A stretch of DNA of 64,000 nt from Bilabrum cf. latius (taxonomy: Eukaryota): contig OZ237744.1 in the NCBI GenBank assembly GCA_965178125.1, positions 1,178,001 through 1,242,000 of the forward strand. Reading direction: 5' to 3'. Below the pieces are notes generated by a model. That model did no database searches. It was not told where the DNA came from and saw nothing but the letters and a program-made list of their open reading frames with translations. Of this stretch, positions 23,170 through 36,030 are shown in pieces; the stretch's first letter is position 1; every line of letters starts with the position of its first letter. Position numbers and translations under genes: made by a program.

Positions 23170-23672
23170 ATGGAGAATTTGGAAGCCGAGCAGGTTGCAT
23201 CCGGATTATTCAAGTTCCGGCGCCGCGCATTTTTGCTAGCGGAACAAGACACTACGGCATTCCGAGCCGTTCCATTCAAACGAGATGGGTTTGCTTGCCG
23301 ACTTAGTCAAAATTGGGATTGGATTTGCTATTGGTGTGTGGTATCGCGAGCACCACGAGGTTGACTACGACAGTTTGAAAGCGCAGGCCTAGCGAGAGCT
23401 TGACCAGCTGCCGAAACGAGTGAGGCTAGCTTGATATCGTCGAATCGCGCTCATTTCCCGTCGATATAGCAGAATTCATCGTTAAATTATTGGTTGTTAC
23501 CGCCTTGCAGATGGAAGAATTGGCCAAAGTTATGCGAAATCTTCAGGAAGAAGCATCCAAGAAAGCGCCGAAATTGCCGAAAGGCGAAGATTCCAAGGAT
23601 GATTTCGACGGGATGGATGATGATTGGGAGAACGAGTATGAGAATGACGATGATGACGAGGGGAGGCGATAA
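23170..23672 (+). CDS. Small acidic coiled-coil hypothetical protein (tentative 3-exon model)
   Basis: MENLEAEQ | VDYDSLKAQA(Q)RELDQLPKR | MEELAKVMRNLQEE..DDDDEGRR-TAA. The second intron GTGAGG..TTGCAG is clear. The first intron's junctions are weak. Confidence 0.4.
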
Positions 23673-23855
23673 AGCCGCCTGGAAGGACGTAGGGTGTTGT
23701 TGGTGATTTGCACAGAAAAACAGTGCATAGTGCCTGTCTACTAGTACCCACTGACCTCGAGTCTTTTGCCAATTCAGAAGCCCTGCAGCAAGCAATCAAG
23801 TACTGCGCATCGTTTCAGGTGTCGTGACGCAGGTGCGCACGCCAGCCGCTGTCCC

Positions 23856-25605
23856 TCAGGCATCTGCGAGCGCCGACACCCCTGGCAGGTCCTTGCCCTC
23901 GAGCAGCTCGAGCGAGGCCCCTCCCCCAGTGGACACGTGGGACACCTTGTCCTCCGCCCCGTACTGCTTGGCCGCGGTGGCCGTGTCCCCCCCTCCGATG
24001 ATGCTCACGGCCCCCTTGCCCGTGCTGTCCACCACGGCCTGCATCAGCGACTCGGTCCCCTTGGCGAAGCTCTTCCACTCGAACACGCCCATGGGCCCGT
24101 TCCAAACGATGGTCTTGGCGCGCCCCGCCGCATCCGCGAAGATCTCGGCGCTCTTGGGCCCCACGTCCAGGCCCAGCCACCCCTCGGGCACGCCCTCGTC
24201 CTCACCCACCTCCTTGGTCTCGGCGTCCTCGGCGAACTTGTCTCCGCACACAAAGTCCACAGGGAGATGGATCTTGCACCCCGTGGCCTTGGCTTTCTCG
24301 AGCAGCTTGGGGACGATCTTGGCACCTTCCTCGTCGAACAGGCTCGACCCGATCTTCATCCCGCTGGCCACCTGCTTGAAGGTGAAGGCCATCCCGCCCC
24401 CGATGATCATCTCGTCCACCTTGTCCAGCAGGTTCTCGATCAGCTGGATCTTGTCGGTCACCTTTGCGCCCCCCAGCACGGCTAGGAAGGGCCTCTCAGG
24501 CTCGCTGAGCGCCTTCCCGAAGTAGTCCAACTCCTTCTTCAGCAAGAAACCGGCCGCCCTAGACTTGAGGTCCACGCCCACCATGCTAGAGTGCGCGCGG
24601 TGCGCCGTCCCAAAGGCATCGTTCACGTACACGTCGCCCAATTTGGTGAGGCTGGCTCGGAACGCCTCCACGTCCTTGGCGTCTGCCTTGACCTTGTTCC
24701 CCTCCCCATCCTCGCCCTTGCCCTCCTCCTCCACGTGGAAGCGAAGGTTCTCCAGGAGGAACACGCTCCCGTCCTCGGGGGAGGCGCAGGCCTTCTCCAC
24801 CTCGGGCCCCACGCAGTCCTCCAGAAAGGTCACGCCCCGGCCCAGGCGGTCCTCCAGCGTGCTCACCACCGGCTTGAGGCTGAACTTGTCCTACTTGCGG
24901 CCCTTGGGGCGGCCCAGGTGCGACATCAGCACCACACTCTGCGTGGGGTAGACACGGGGGGATCAACTGGCTGGGCCTTACGAACGTGACATCGGTCGCC
25001 GCACCGAGGTCGCTCGCTGGCAGTGGGAACGGAGCGAAGACCGGGGATTTCCACGGCAACCCAGCGGATGGATCCAGTGAGCTAGTTTTCACAAAGAATT
25101 CAAGTAGCGGGCGGGGCGCCATTTGTCAGGCGTTCCGAGACGTACATTGCCAAGCATTCGCTAGGTGCGGGGGTCATTGCCGAGATTTACGGGCTCGCTG
25201 AATCCTCACCTTTGCGCCATTATCAAGTGCATGTTTAATTGAAGGAATGGCTGCGTCAATCCGCTGTGTGTTCGTGATGGTACCCTGCGATGAGAGGTAT
25301 GTATGCTTGATCATCCCGTGATGGCAACTGATCAGTGGCAAGATCAATCGAATCGTGGCCCGTACGCCAGGAGCCGCGGTCTGTGTCGATTCGTGCGAAG
25401 TGCGCGACTAGGCTGCGTCGTGCACCTGCTATTCCTGAGATTGCATGCAAACTTTGATCATCTGTGTGTTGACGCGCAGCTGTCTTACATCTTTCAGGGG
25501 CACATTGAAGTCAACACGCATCAAAACTCTCCGACCTCGGAGGGCTACTGCGTCAATAGCTAGCTTACGCAGTGCTGAAGTGCCTGACTTGGCGGCGGCT
25601 GCCAT
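23856..25605 (-). CDS. PGK: Phosphoglycerate kinase (about 424 aa)
   Basis: Exons 25605-25489, 25284-25210 and 24938-23856. Motifs [49 protein letters not shown] and [16 protein letters not shown]. In-frame TAG at 24891-24893 ([11 protein letters not shown]). Confidence 0.97.
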
Positions 25606-26214
25606 ATCTGAGCCCTAGGATGCGCTCACTGCGGCCATGGATTGGTCTTGTGTTGCCGGCAGATCCTGCAAGGAACCCGGAAACGAAGGTTCGCCCACTA
25701 CGTGGTTGGCGAAACGCTTAGAACGCAGTAATCCGTAGTACTATACGCGCAGCGTAGTATTCGTTGCATCAAAGTTTGTTTGTCCCCAGTACATTGGACC
25801 AGCAGACGATACATATCTGATCTGGCCTTCAATTATTCTGAGCCGGGCCTGTTCTTGGCCACCAAGCACGGCAGCAGCACGAAGCAGAACGAATTTGCAA
25901 GCGGATTGAGCTAGAATGAAGAAATCTGTGAGATATAAAGAGTGTACTACTGTTGTTAAGGTCATACTGTGTCCCCCCATGCACTCTTTCTCATGCCCGA
26001 ATGGGTTGACAACGCGTGGCGCGCAGCAGAAAGAACCAAATGCGTTTGAAGCCAGCTACATTCTACACTATTGCAGAAAATTGATGTACAGCCGCCAGTG
26101 GCGTCAATCTGGTGCGATGCAGCGGGAAAGGGCTGCTCTACCTTGGTTGTCCGCGTGGACCTTTCCGAGAAAGATTTTCGCTTGCTGAAGCAAATCTAGG
26201 ACGGAACCGTGCAG

Positions 26215-29200
26215 ATGGAGGGCACAGTTATTGCTGACTATTAGCCCACTGCAGCCGCATGGGCGACCGGGTACGGTGCTCACACAGTCCGCGCTAAGAT
26301 GATCGGGGCAGACCGTGCGTCGCTCGCTGCCCGGGCAAGCTCCCGCTCGAGGGAAACGTTCCGCAAGGTGGCGCTGCTCGGCGAACCCTCGGGGAACACG
26401 ATGCGCGCCATGCTCAGCGTGGCCGCTCCTCGAGACAGGGGGGCCTCGAGCGCCTCGGCGGCAGGAGCAGCCACGGGTGGAGCGAGCACCGCATCAGCTG
26501 CCATCACGGAGGACCATTGGTGGCCCATGGAGTGTGAGTACAGCCTATTGCAAGCCTAGCGATGCATCTGTGTGTTTACTACTCCCAGCCTTGCCCTGCT
26601 TCCACCATCGTTTAGAAAATTCAATCACCCCTGCTGCTTGCTTCCATATCGGATCGCATGTTTTGTCCACCTCCACTTCCATACCGCCGCAGTCGAGGAC
26701 TCAGCGGAGGACGAGCCCGCCAAGCCCGCCTGCGTGTGCGTGCTGCGCGGCCTCAAGCCGGACCTTCCCTACAGCATCACCGCCACCCTCCGCCTCCGCC
26801 AGGTTGCCCTGACCGAGGGCGCCTCCTCGGGGCCCTGGGTGGAGAGCCCCCCGAGCACGCCCATCGTGGAGCAGGTCGTGGACCCTGCCACGGCCTGCGC
26901 CAACCAGCTGGACAGGGAGGCCCTCCTGGCAATGCAGTTCGCGCGGCGCATGCAGCTGGCCCGGAAGGCTCTGCTGGACGAGATCCGGCGCCCTGTGGAC
27001 GGGAGGGGCGGCAAGATCAAGGCCCTGGTGGCGCACGCGGAGGCCATGCAGAGGCGCATCGACCTGTTGTAGAAAGGGGACGGCACAGACGCGGCTTCGC
27101 TGAGACGGAGGGTCACCGAGTTGGAGTCCAGGCTGGCGCAGGCGGAGGCTGGGGCTGGGGCTGGGGCTGGGGCTGGGGCTGAGGCCGCTGCCTTGCCTCC
27201 AAAGGCGGCAGTATCTGTGCCAGGCCGCGACTTTGAAAAGGAGTCCGCAAGGCTCCGTGACGAGCTGGCCAAGGCACAGGCAGAGGCAAAGTCTCTGCAG
27301 CGGACCGCACGGGATGCAGGCAAGGTCGAGGTGGCTCGGCTTTCGTCTGAGGTGGAGGCAGCCAAGAAGGCGCAGGCAGAGCTCGAAAAGCAGCTCGATG
27401 AAGCCAAGGCGCAGCTGCAGCAAGCTCGCCGAGGTGATGCACTGGTGGACGAGAAGAACAGAGAGATTGAGGAGCTGCAGCGGGAGCTGGAGGCAGCCAA
27501 GGCCACGGCGGGACAGGTGGAGGAGCTGCAGCGGGAGCTGGAGGCAGCCAAGGCCACGGCGGGACAGGTGGAGGAGCTGCAGCGGGAGCTGGAGGCAGCC
27601 AAGGCCACGGCGGGACAGGTGGAGGAGCTGCAGCGGGAGCTGGAGGCAGCCAAGGCCACGGCGGGACAGGTGGAGGAGCTGCAGCGGGAGCTGGAGGCAG
27701 CCAAGGCCACGGCGGGACAGGTGGAGGAGCTGAAGCGGGAGCTGGAGGCAGCCAAGGCCACGGCGGGACAGGTGGAGGAGCTGCAGCGGGAGCTGGAGGC
27801 AGCCAAGGCCACGGCGGGACAGGTGGAGGAGCTGCAGCGGGAGCTGGAGGCAGCCAAGGCCACGGCGGGACAGGTGGAGGAGCTGAAGCGGGAGCTGGAG
27901 GCAGCCAAGGCCACGGCGGGACAGGTGGAGGAGCTGCAGCGGGAGCTGGAGGCAGCCAAGGCCACGGCGGGACAGGTGGAGGAGCTGCAGCGGGAGCTGG
28001 AGGCAGCCAAGGCCACGGCGGGACAGGTGGAGGAGCTGCAGCGGGAGCTGGAGGCAGCCAAGGCCACGGCGGGACAGGTGGAGGAGCTGCAGCGGGAGCT
28101 GGAGGCAGCCAAGGCCACGGCGGGACAGGTGGAGGAGCTGCAGCGGGAGCTGGAGGCAGCCAAGGCCACGGCGGGACAGGTGGAGGAGCTGCAGCGGGAG
28201 CTGGAGGCAGCCAAGGCCACGGCGGGACAGGTGGAGGAGCTGCAGCGGGAGCTGGAGGCAGCCAAGGCCACGGCGGGACAGGTGGAGGAGCTGCAGCGGG
28301 AGCTGGAGGCAGCCAAGGCCACGGCGGGACAGGTGGAGGAGCTGCAGCGGGAGCTGGAGGCAGCCAAGGCCACGGCGGGACAGGTGGAGGAGCTGCAGCG
28401 GGAGCTGGAGGCAGCCAAGGCCACGGCGGGACAGGTGGAGGAGCTGCAGCGGGAGCTGGAGGCAGCCAAGGCCACGGCGGGACAGGTGGAGGAGCTGCAG
28501 CGGGAGCTGGAGCAGGCTCGCAAAGATGCTGTCGAGGCTGCGGAGAGGGCGGAGAGGGCAGATCGTCTGGCGGAGGGCAGAGTCACCGATGCAGCCACGG
28601 GAGCAAGCATGGCCCAGCAGCGTGTGGCCCTGTTGGAGCAGGACCTGGTTGATGTCCGGGCTAAGCTGCAGGTGGAGCAAGACTCGGTCAGGGCGCTGAG
28701 GGCTGCCCAGAGGGCTCGGCAGGCGGACGCGAAGGAGCAGGACAACCGGAACGCTAACAAGGTGCAGCAGCTGGAGGCGCGTCTGCGGCAGGCGGAGGAG
28801 GCGGTGAGGGAGGCCAGGGCGGAGGCACAGCAGCACGCCGAGGCTGCGAGGGCGGCGGCCGGCAGCGCTGCCTCTCAGGAGGTGCAGAGCGCGCAGGAGG
28901 GGAGGGACCATGCGCAGAGACAGCGCGACGAGGCAGTGAGAGAGAAGGATGCGGCCAGGGCGGAGATGGCCGAGGCCAGGGTGGTGTTGCAGCGACTGCA
29001 GGAGCGAGTGGAGGCGGAGACGAAGGCCCGGCAGGAGGCGGAGGAGGGCAGGGCGGAGTTTGAGAGGCTCCGGGCGAGGTCAGAGGAGCAGCACAGCCGC
29101 ATGGTGTGCTGCACGCTGCAGCTGGAGGACCTGTGCAAGGACGTGCAGGCCACGGTGGGACAGGGGGAGTCGGCGAGTGGCGGAGAGAGGTCGGCTGTGC

Positions 29201-29703
29201 CCGCCTCTGCCGGCACAGCGCCGGAGGTGCGCCTGCAGCGGGCCGTCGAGCTGCTGACCAGCGTCACGCAGAGGGCACTGCGGGAGCTTCGACATACCAT
29301 GTCCGAGGTGGCTGCATTCAAGCTGCAGGGACAGGGACACGGACACGGACACGGGGGTGGGCTGGCCGGTGCCGGTCGCCACGACCAGGTCGCGAGCCAG
29401 TCGATTATGATCTCTCGGCTGCAGCGCGAGCATGGCAAGAGCATGGAGCTGGTCCGATCGCTGCAGGCAGAGAACGAGGCGCAGCGATCCGAGCTGACCA
29501 GGAACCGGCAGGAACTACTGGACGTGAGGCGCATGCTGGCAGGGGCACAGGATGAGCTGATGGCCTTGAGGCTTCACCAGAGCGAGGCGGGCCGGGCAGG
29601 TGGTGGTGCTGGGGGGAGTGCGGGGGGGGGCAGCGACGCGTACGTGGTGGTGCCCAGGCCTGCCAGTGCCAGTGGGGGCCCGGGCGGGGCTACGGGGTCA
29701 TGA
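26215..29703 (+). CDS. Long coiled-coil protein with an FN3-like N-terminal segment and 17-aa repeats (about 1109 aa)
   Basis: Exons 26215-26533 and 26693-29703, intron GTGAGT..CGCAG. VLRGLKPDLPYSITA is FN3-like. TAG at 26242 and 27070. TGA stop. The 5' end may lie further upstream. Confidence 0.7.
27469..28511 (+). repeat. 51-bp coding minisatellite, about 20 copies (EELQRELEAAKATAGQV)
   Basis: Near-perfect copies. Two carry CAG>AAG. Confidence 0.97.
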
Positions 29704-30436
29704 AGCGAACAGTTAACAAGTTGCGTGGTAAATCCGTTCAGAACGCCGTTTCAGGCGTGGACAGTCTGTCACTTATTTGGTGACCACCACCCTTACGCCA
29801 AGTCTCGCATAGCGGAACAGCCGTCTGGCGCTGCGCGGCGCCAAGCCCTCCAGCCATCGGCCGACACAAAGCACATCGTAGCTTCATGAGATTTTCGACT
29901 TCTGCGCGGCGTGTAATCAGTAGGATGAATAGTGAGTGTACAACAGTCCGTTGGCTGAATGCATCAGATAACAGTCGGCTGATTGCCTCTTGGCGCTCCA
30001 ACTGCTGACAAGTGATGCCTTCGTGTCTGTATCCACTTAAAGACGCAGCTGGGGCTTCTAGATTGCGCGTTATGGCATCTGTCATCAGGCCTATAAGCTT
30101 TGTATCCATGGAAGTGCCTGTGTGTGGTAATGCTGGACAGGGTAGCCTCCTCGTGGGGGCTGCTCAGGCGACTGCGGCAGGTTCAACTGGTAGCGCGTCC
30201 GGGCTTTCTGTCCTTTCAGAAGACAGCGACTTGGAGGGTTTGGCAGACGAGGACGACGTTGACCCAGTAGGATAACCAGCGGGTTTGCCACGGGGCTCGC
30301 TGGTTGGATTGAATCCGTGGTCAGTGGACAGATTCGTCTTGCGACGCACAAGCCGCACTCATGCTCTGCTTTGTGTGCTTCTGAATAGGAATGCGATTTA
30401 AACATGTATTTCACATCAAGTGCCTTGGTGCTGCTA

Positions 30437-33400
30437 TCACTACCCAGTGCGGGGCCGCTTGGCCGCTGGCTCGTCATCTTCACCGGTGAGGTCCACCACC
30501 CGTGTGGTGCTATGCGGCGGCGGGGCGACCGCCTGCCCAGGCACAGCCCCCATGGCATTTCCATCACTCCCCACAGCACGCGCTTCACCCTAGTGCACAC
30601 CTGCGGGCTGGACGGAGCTCCCACCGTCCGCTGCGGCAGCCGGTGCTAGTGGGAGCTACGCGACTGGCACGCCTCCGACGACTCCCGTTGCAACGGGCAC
30701 AGGCAGCCCCTACCCCTGCCCCCGCCCCTCCTGCTCGAGCGCTTGGATGGGCCTCTTGCTCCCGATTGCCGCCCCGCCTGCACCAGCACCAGTACCCGCA
30801 CCCGCACCCGCATGCATTGGCAATCCTGCATCCCCAACACCAGCAGCAGCAGGTGCAGCCACTGCAGCGCCAGTCACGCCGGGCACGAGCGATGCCGCAG
30901 CCGCTTGCACCTATCCCTGCACCTGTCCCTGCACCTGCACCCCCAGTGCCTGCATGGCCACTGGAACCACACCCTGCACCTGCTGCACCTGCACACCCCC
31001 ACTGGCTTGCAACGCAGCAGCACCGGCCCCTGGGATAACCACCCCGGCCCCAGCCCCCGCCTGCCCATGCAGATGGGCCACTCCTGGCACCAGGCCAACC
31101 GCCGGGCCCGGGCCCCCTGCGACAGAGCCAGGCACCGGGGTACCTGGCGTGACCGGCACAAACCCATGCCCGTTGGCCAAGCCAGCCGCCCCGGTGACTG
31201 CTGACCCGGTCCCACTGGTTGGCGCGCCTGCACCAACACCTGCACCTGACTGTGCAAGCGCCTGACCAGGCACGAGCCCGTGCACTGCCCCTGCCACAAG
31301 CCCGTGATGCTGCGGCTGCACCTGCAGCTGGGGCTGAAGTCCCTGGGTCGGAGCACCCTGCAGCTGAGGCGGCTGTGTGCCGTACGGCCCGCCCTGCTGC
31401 ACGGCCGGCATAGGCATTACGCCCTGCGGGGCCGGCTGCGGCTGGCTGGCGGAAGGGTAGGCCACAGCCTGCGCCTGGACCTGCGCTAGCGAGGCTGAGC
31501 CGGGGAGCGCGCCTGAGCTGGCAGGCATCGACACCATATAGGTGCTAGGTGCACTCGCCTGGCCCTGGCCCTGGCCCTGTATGGGCACGGGCATGGATGA
31601 AGGGGGGAATGCCTGTGTGCCCTGTGCCATGGCATATCCATGTGGCTGTGCCTGCCCTGCCTGCCCTGCCTGCTACTGCTGCTACTGCTGCATCAATTGC
31701 TGCTGCTGTTGCTGCTGCATCATGGCTCCCACCCTTTGCGCGGTGAGCATGAGTGCCTGCTTACCAGCGAGCGCGATGGTCTGAGAAGGCGCCCCACTGC
31801 GAGCTGCCTTGAGCGAGACCTGGTAGCACGCCTGCAGGCATGCCTCCCTCTGCACGGGAGGCATGCGGATCACCTCCTTCTTCTTCGCGTACTCGTCCGT
31901 CACCGCCTTGGCGATGCGCTGGGCCACTGCGTCGGTCACCACCAAGGGCTGGGTGGAGGAGATAGTCCCAGAGGACGCAACAGCACCGGCGCTGCCAGGG
32001 ACGCTGGCACCTGCAGTCCCGCCGGGCAGCATGGCTCGGGCCCCTGGACTGACCCCCGCTCCCGGTATACCCACGGGGATGGCGGGGTGGACCCCAAGTC
32101 GGGGGCCACTCCCGGGGATCATGACCCCGGGGGGCGCCCCCGGTAGAGCTCCCGCCCCCACCACGGGGAACCGCCCCGCACCCGCGTGCCCCGCCCGATG
32201 CAGCGGCGAGCCTTGCCCCACGGAGCCGAACCCTGCACGCAGCCCGACCCCAGGAGCCCCCCCCACGCCCAGCTGCGAGCCCACGCCCAGCCCCAGGCTG
32301 AACCCGTACCCCGACTGCCCCTAGGGCGCGTATCTCGAGAGGTCTCTCACCCGCAGAGAGGTGCAGAACCTGCGGTTGATCTCGCTCGCGGCGATGGGTG
32401 CCTCGTCCACCAGCAGGGCAGAAATGTCCCGGGGGTCCAGCGAGTCCACGCCGCGCATGCGCCGCAGCACCTGCAGCAGCGATGCGAATCGGCCCTGGCT
32501 GCGAGAAGCTGCCTCGAGCTCTTCAACGGGGGCCACAGCACCCGTCACCGGGACGTGCTTCTTCCCCCCGGCGGTCGTGTTGGCCGGGCATCGCGCCGAC
32601 AGGAGCTTGTCAGCGTGCGTCTTGTCGTAGGGCTGCGGGCCCTCGTCCTTTTTGGCTCCGGATCGCTTGCGCTTCCAACCGTTGCGGTGCAGCGCGGTGA
32701 ACGCCAGCAGCGCCGCCACGTTGCGGAGGAACATGAACGGGGTCAGGCTGCTCATGGCCTCCCTCGCCCTCTTCTCGATCTCGAAGTGCTGCACCGCGGG
32801 GTGAAGGTCGGACAGCCGGCCAAGGGTGCCCACCTCGCCGAGGGCCGCGCGCGACACCGCACCCGAAGTGGCACCAGCACTGCTGGCGGGCCCCACGCTA
32901 CCAGTAGTCCCTGCGCCCGCGATCGCCCCTGGCGCGCCTCCGCCTCCGACTACTCCAGGTGCTAAAGGCCCGGACCCCCCGCCCACGCTGCCGCCGATGC
33001 TGCTGCTGCTGCTCCCGCTCCCACCCGCGCCAGGCGCACCCGAGCCGTTGCTGGACCCAGCAAGCCCCCTGCCCCTAACCCCTCCCGCACCCACCACCGA
33101 CTGCCCCCGGGCCCGCCCCCCCCGTCCAAGCCCCCCAGAGGCATCCCTGCTGGCCCGGCCCGTGCTCAGCGCAGGCGCCCCCGGCATGTCCCCCGCGCTG
33201 ACCGCCGCGTGCACCGCCAGCGACAGGATCGTCCTTCGCTCGTGACCCCCAGCCCTGACGCACTCCTTGGAGTCAGAAGGGAGTGCTCTCAGGAAGGCCA
33301 GCAGCACGTCCAGTCCCGAGAGGAACCGCTTCAATGCCAGGCGCAGCGCGGGCGGGTCCGTGCGATGCGGCAGCCTCAGGGCTTCCTCCATGTAGGCGTG

Positions 33401-35758
33401 CAGGGGCAGCGTGTAGGGGCTCTGTGCGGCACAGTCATGGTGCACCATGAGCCAGTCGGGCATGCGGAGCGAGCCCAGCAGCTGGCTGCGCCTCCTCCTG
33501 TCGATGGGACGCACGGGCGGGACGTAGAGCGCGGCCGATTCGGGTGATACGAAGTCTTTGTCTTTCCTCCTGGCGTCCTTTTCCCGCTGTCTCTTCTTGC
33601 GGGCCTCCTCTTGAGGACCGCTGGCCTGGCTGGATGCGGCGGCGATGGCCTTGCTGGACGGGGGCTTGTGCCTCGTGGAGTGGGGCTTGCTTGGGCTCTC
33701 CGATCCAGAGGGCCCCGCCACGCCACTTGTGGCCATCGAAGAAGAGGAGGATGAGGAGGAGGAGGAGGAATGCCCCACTGCAGGGGTGGAGAGTGCTGTG
33801 GCGGACGATGCTTTCCCATCGCCGCCGCTGTCAGTGCCACCGCCGTGCGAGTGCCCGTCGCTCTTCGGGGTGGAGCCCCCTTCCCCCCCTGTGCTAGCCC
33901 CTCCCAGACTCATCTTGCGGCGCCCCGCCTCCTCCCTCCTTGCATCTGCAGCCTCTTGTTCCCTGACTCTCGGCCACTCCCCGAAGCAGTCCGAGGGGGG
34001 CTCCTCCGTCACTCGCGCGCTGATCCACGCAGCGTCCACGATCCCGCGCCCCGCGCACTTGAGGATGTAGAACACCGGGCCCACGCCGCGGGCGCACGGC
34101 AGCAGCAGTTGCTTCTTGCCCGAAGCGGGCATGGAGTGAAGCGAGCAGCACAGCATCTGAAATGCCTCGCGCTGGCGTCTCCGGAGCCCTCGCAGCATGA
34201 GTGCCAGCTGCCTGCGCGCCGCAGTGCGCGCATCCTCCTGCATAGCGTGCGCGTGCTGCACCTTGGGCAGGCTCGATCCAGGCTTCGAAGCTGGGACAAG
34301 CGTATTGGCTGCAGAAGCTCCATGTTTCAACAAGCCGCTGCTGCCCATGGAGGATGCAGAGCCAGAGCCAGAGCCAGCACCAGCACCAGCACCAGCACCA
34401 GCACCAGCACCAGCACCAGCACCAGCACCAGCGCCAGCACCAGCACCAGCACCAGCACCGGCACCAGCACCGGCACCGGCTGCGGGCCCCTGTACCGAGA
34501 GCTGGCTCGCTTCCGTGCTGGAGGACGGTACTGAGCCCGAGGAGGAGGCTGCGGGTGCTATGGCAGCTGTGCTTGTAGCAGAACTGCTAGCTGTGCTCTG
34601 CTGCGATGATCCCGGCATCGGCGCGGAGACCGTGGCCTCCATCGGAGCCGACGCAGGTGCGGCTGAGAGCGGTTTGGGCGCTCTAGACCCAGGCGTTGAT
34701 CCCTGCTTCATCCCGTTGCGAAACTTGTCGGCAGTCTACTAGCTTGAAGCGGGTGGCTAGGGTGGTAAGGTGAGCTCGCCTAGCTCCAGCTCATCCTCGG
34801 CCGGGTCCCAGTCGGGAAGGTTACCAAAAAGACCATGAAACAGCTGCTCTTGCGATCGCTACGTCACAGTTCGGCTGCACATAACTTCTGCAGCCTCATA
34901 CTATTGCGTTCGAGGGTGAGGCCTCGGTCGAAGAGACCAAACTCCCTTAAACAGAGCAGAGCCGCAGGACAGAAGCGCCGCAGTTGACAGTGACATCTCG
35001 TTGTCATCTCCATCCACCGTACCGAATCCCCAGTGCCCATTCTGCTCAAACAGTAGAAACTGCTCCAGATCTGCAAGAGTTCTTGCATGGTCCTTTGCCC
35101 CCTCGTCGATCAGGGCGTGATTCCTAGGCAAAAATAGTAGGTGGAGCATGTGCGCCCAACCTCGGCACGCACAGTGCAGCACCAAGTGACCATCTACGAG
35201 CGGGAGCTCTTCCAAGTGCTACACAGTACCATTTGAAGCTACCACTAGCTGTGCTTCGGGTAGCTTGACTCCGTTTGGCTTCGCAGATGCCGACGACCTG
35301 GCTCGATCCGGCACTGCGTTGCGAGCAGCTGCTACTTCCATTGCGTGCCTCTGATACGATTCCCATTCCGACTTGGCCTATCTAGAGAGCCCAAACGTGC
35401 GTTTGAAAGGAACGGGTGCCCTAGCTTGAAATGTTGGGGAGCGCATCGCGTCGTCCAAGGCACGCAGAAGACCAGTGTGGCCCCCACCGTGCGTAGCCTA
35501 AAACTTCTTAAATGCTGCTACAGCCTCTTCCTCGGTCGAGTCAGGGCGGCTAAGTAGCTCTAATAATTCTCTCGAAAGGGGTCCAATCGGAAGGTCTCCT
35601 GCTGTTGCATCTGATCGCGTGACAACAGACCTTCTACTACTGTGGCGGTCTAGTATGCTTACGCTGCCGGATTTGCCGGCACCTACGCCAATAGATGCAT
35701 TGCTGGGGCTACTGAAGCTTTTTGATTTATCTCTACCTTGTCTAGCTGCTGTTTCCAT
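30437..35758 (-). CDS. Large low-complexity, Q/G/A-rich, probably nuclear protein (about 1773 aa with TAG=Gln)
   Basis: ORF fragments 35498, 34901, 32321, 31682, 30911 and 30710 all lie in one frame, joined by about 16 TAGs. Ends VVDLTGEDDEPAAKRPRTG(Q)-TGA (SIM-like and NLS-like). Start uncertain: 35758 or 35845. Confidence 0.7.
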
Positions 35759-36030
35759 GCTGTGGATTCGCTGCGATTGCCGCGTGTGAAAGCTGGATTT
35801 GGCGGGTGCCGCAGTCCAGAATGACGATGGATGTTGCCGAGGCATGGGGGGCGGTGAAGGCAGGGCACGTGATGGAAGGAAAGGGTGCACGCGGGACAGG
35901 AACCAGCACAGAGCAAACAAGTACTTCCAACCTGGTATATCGAGTAAGCATACAGAGGCTAGCGACATCCACCGGCCCCGGCAGTCTAGGCACGAGGCCG
36001 GCAGCTTCCGGCCCTTCTGCAGCGAATCGG

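Noticed and set aside
26701-28911. Long antisense ORFs (also 8694-10394, 55536-57863 and others)
   Set aside because: They are shadow ORFs of GC-rich or repetitive genes on the opposite strand.
29738-30275. Short ORFs 29738-30109 (-) and 30012-30275 (+)
   Set aside because: No recognisable motif or consistent exon model. A small gene cannot be excluded.
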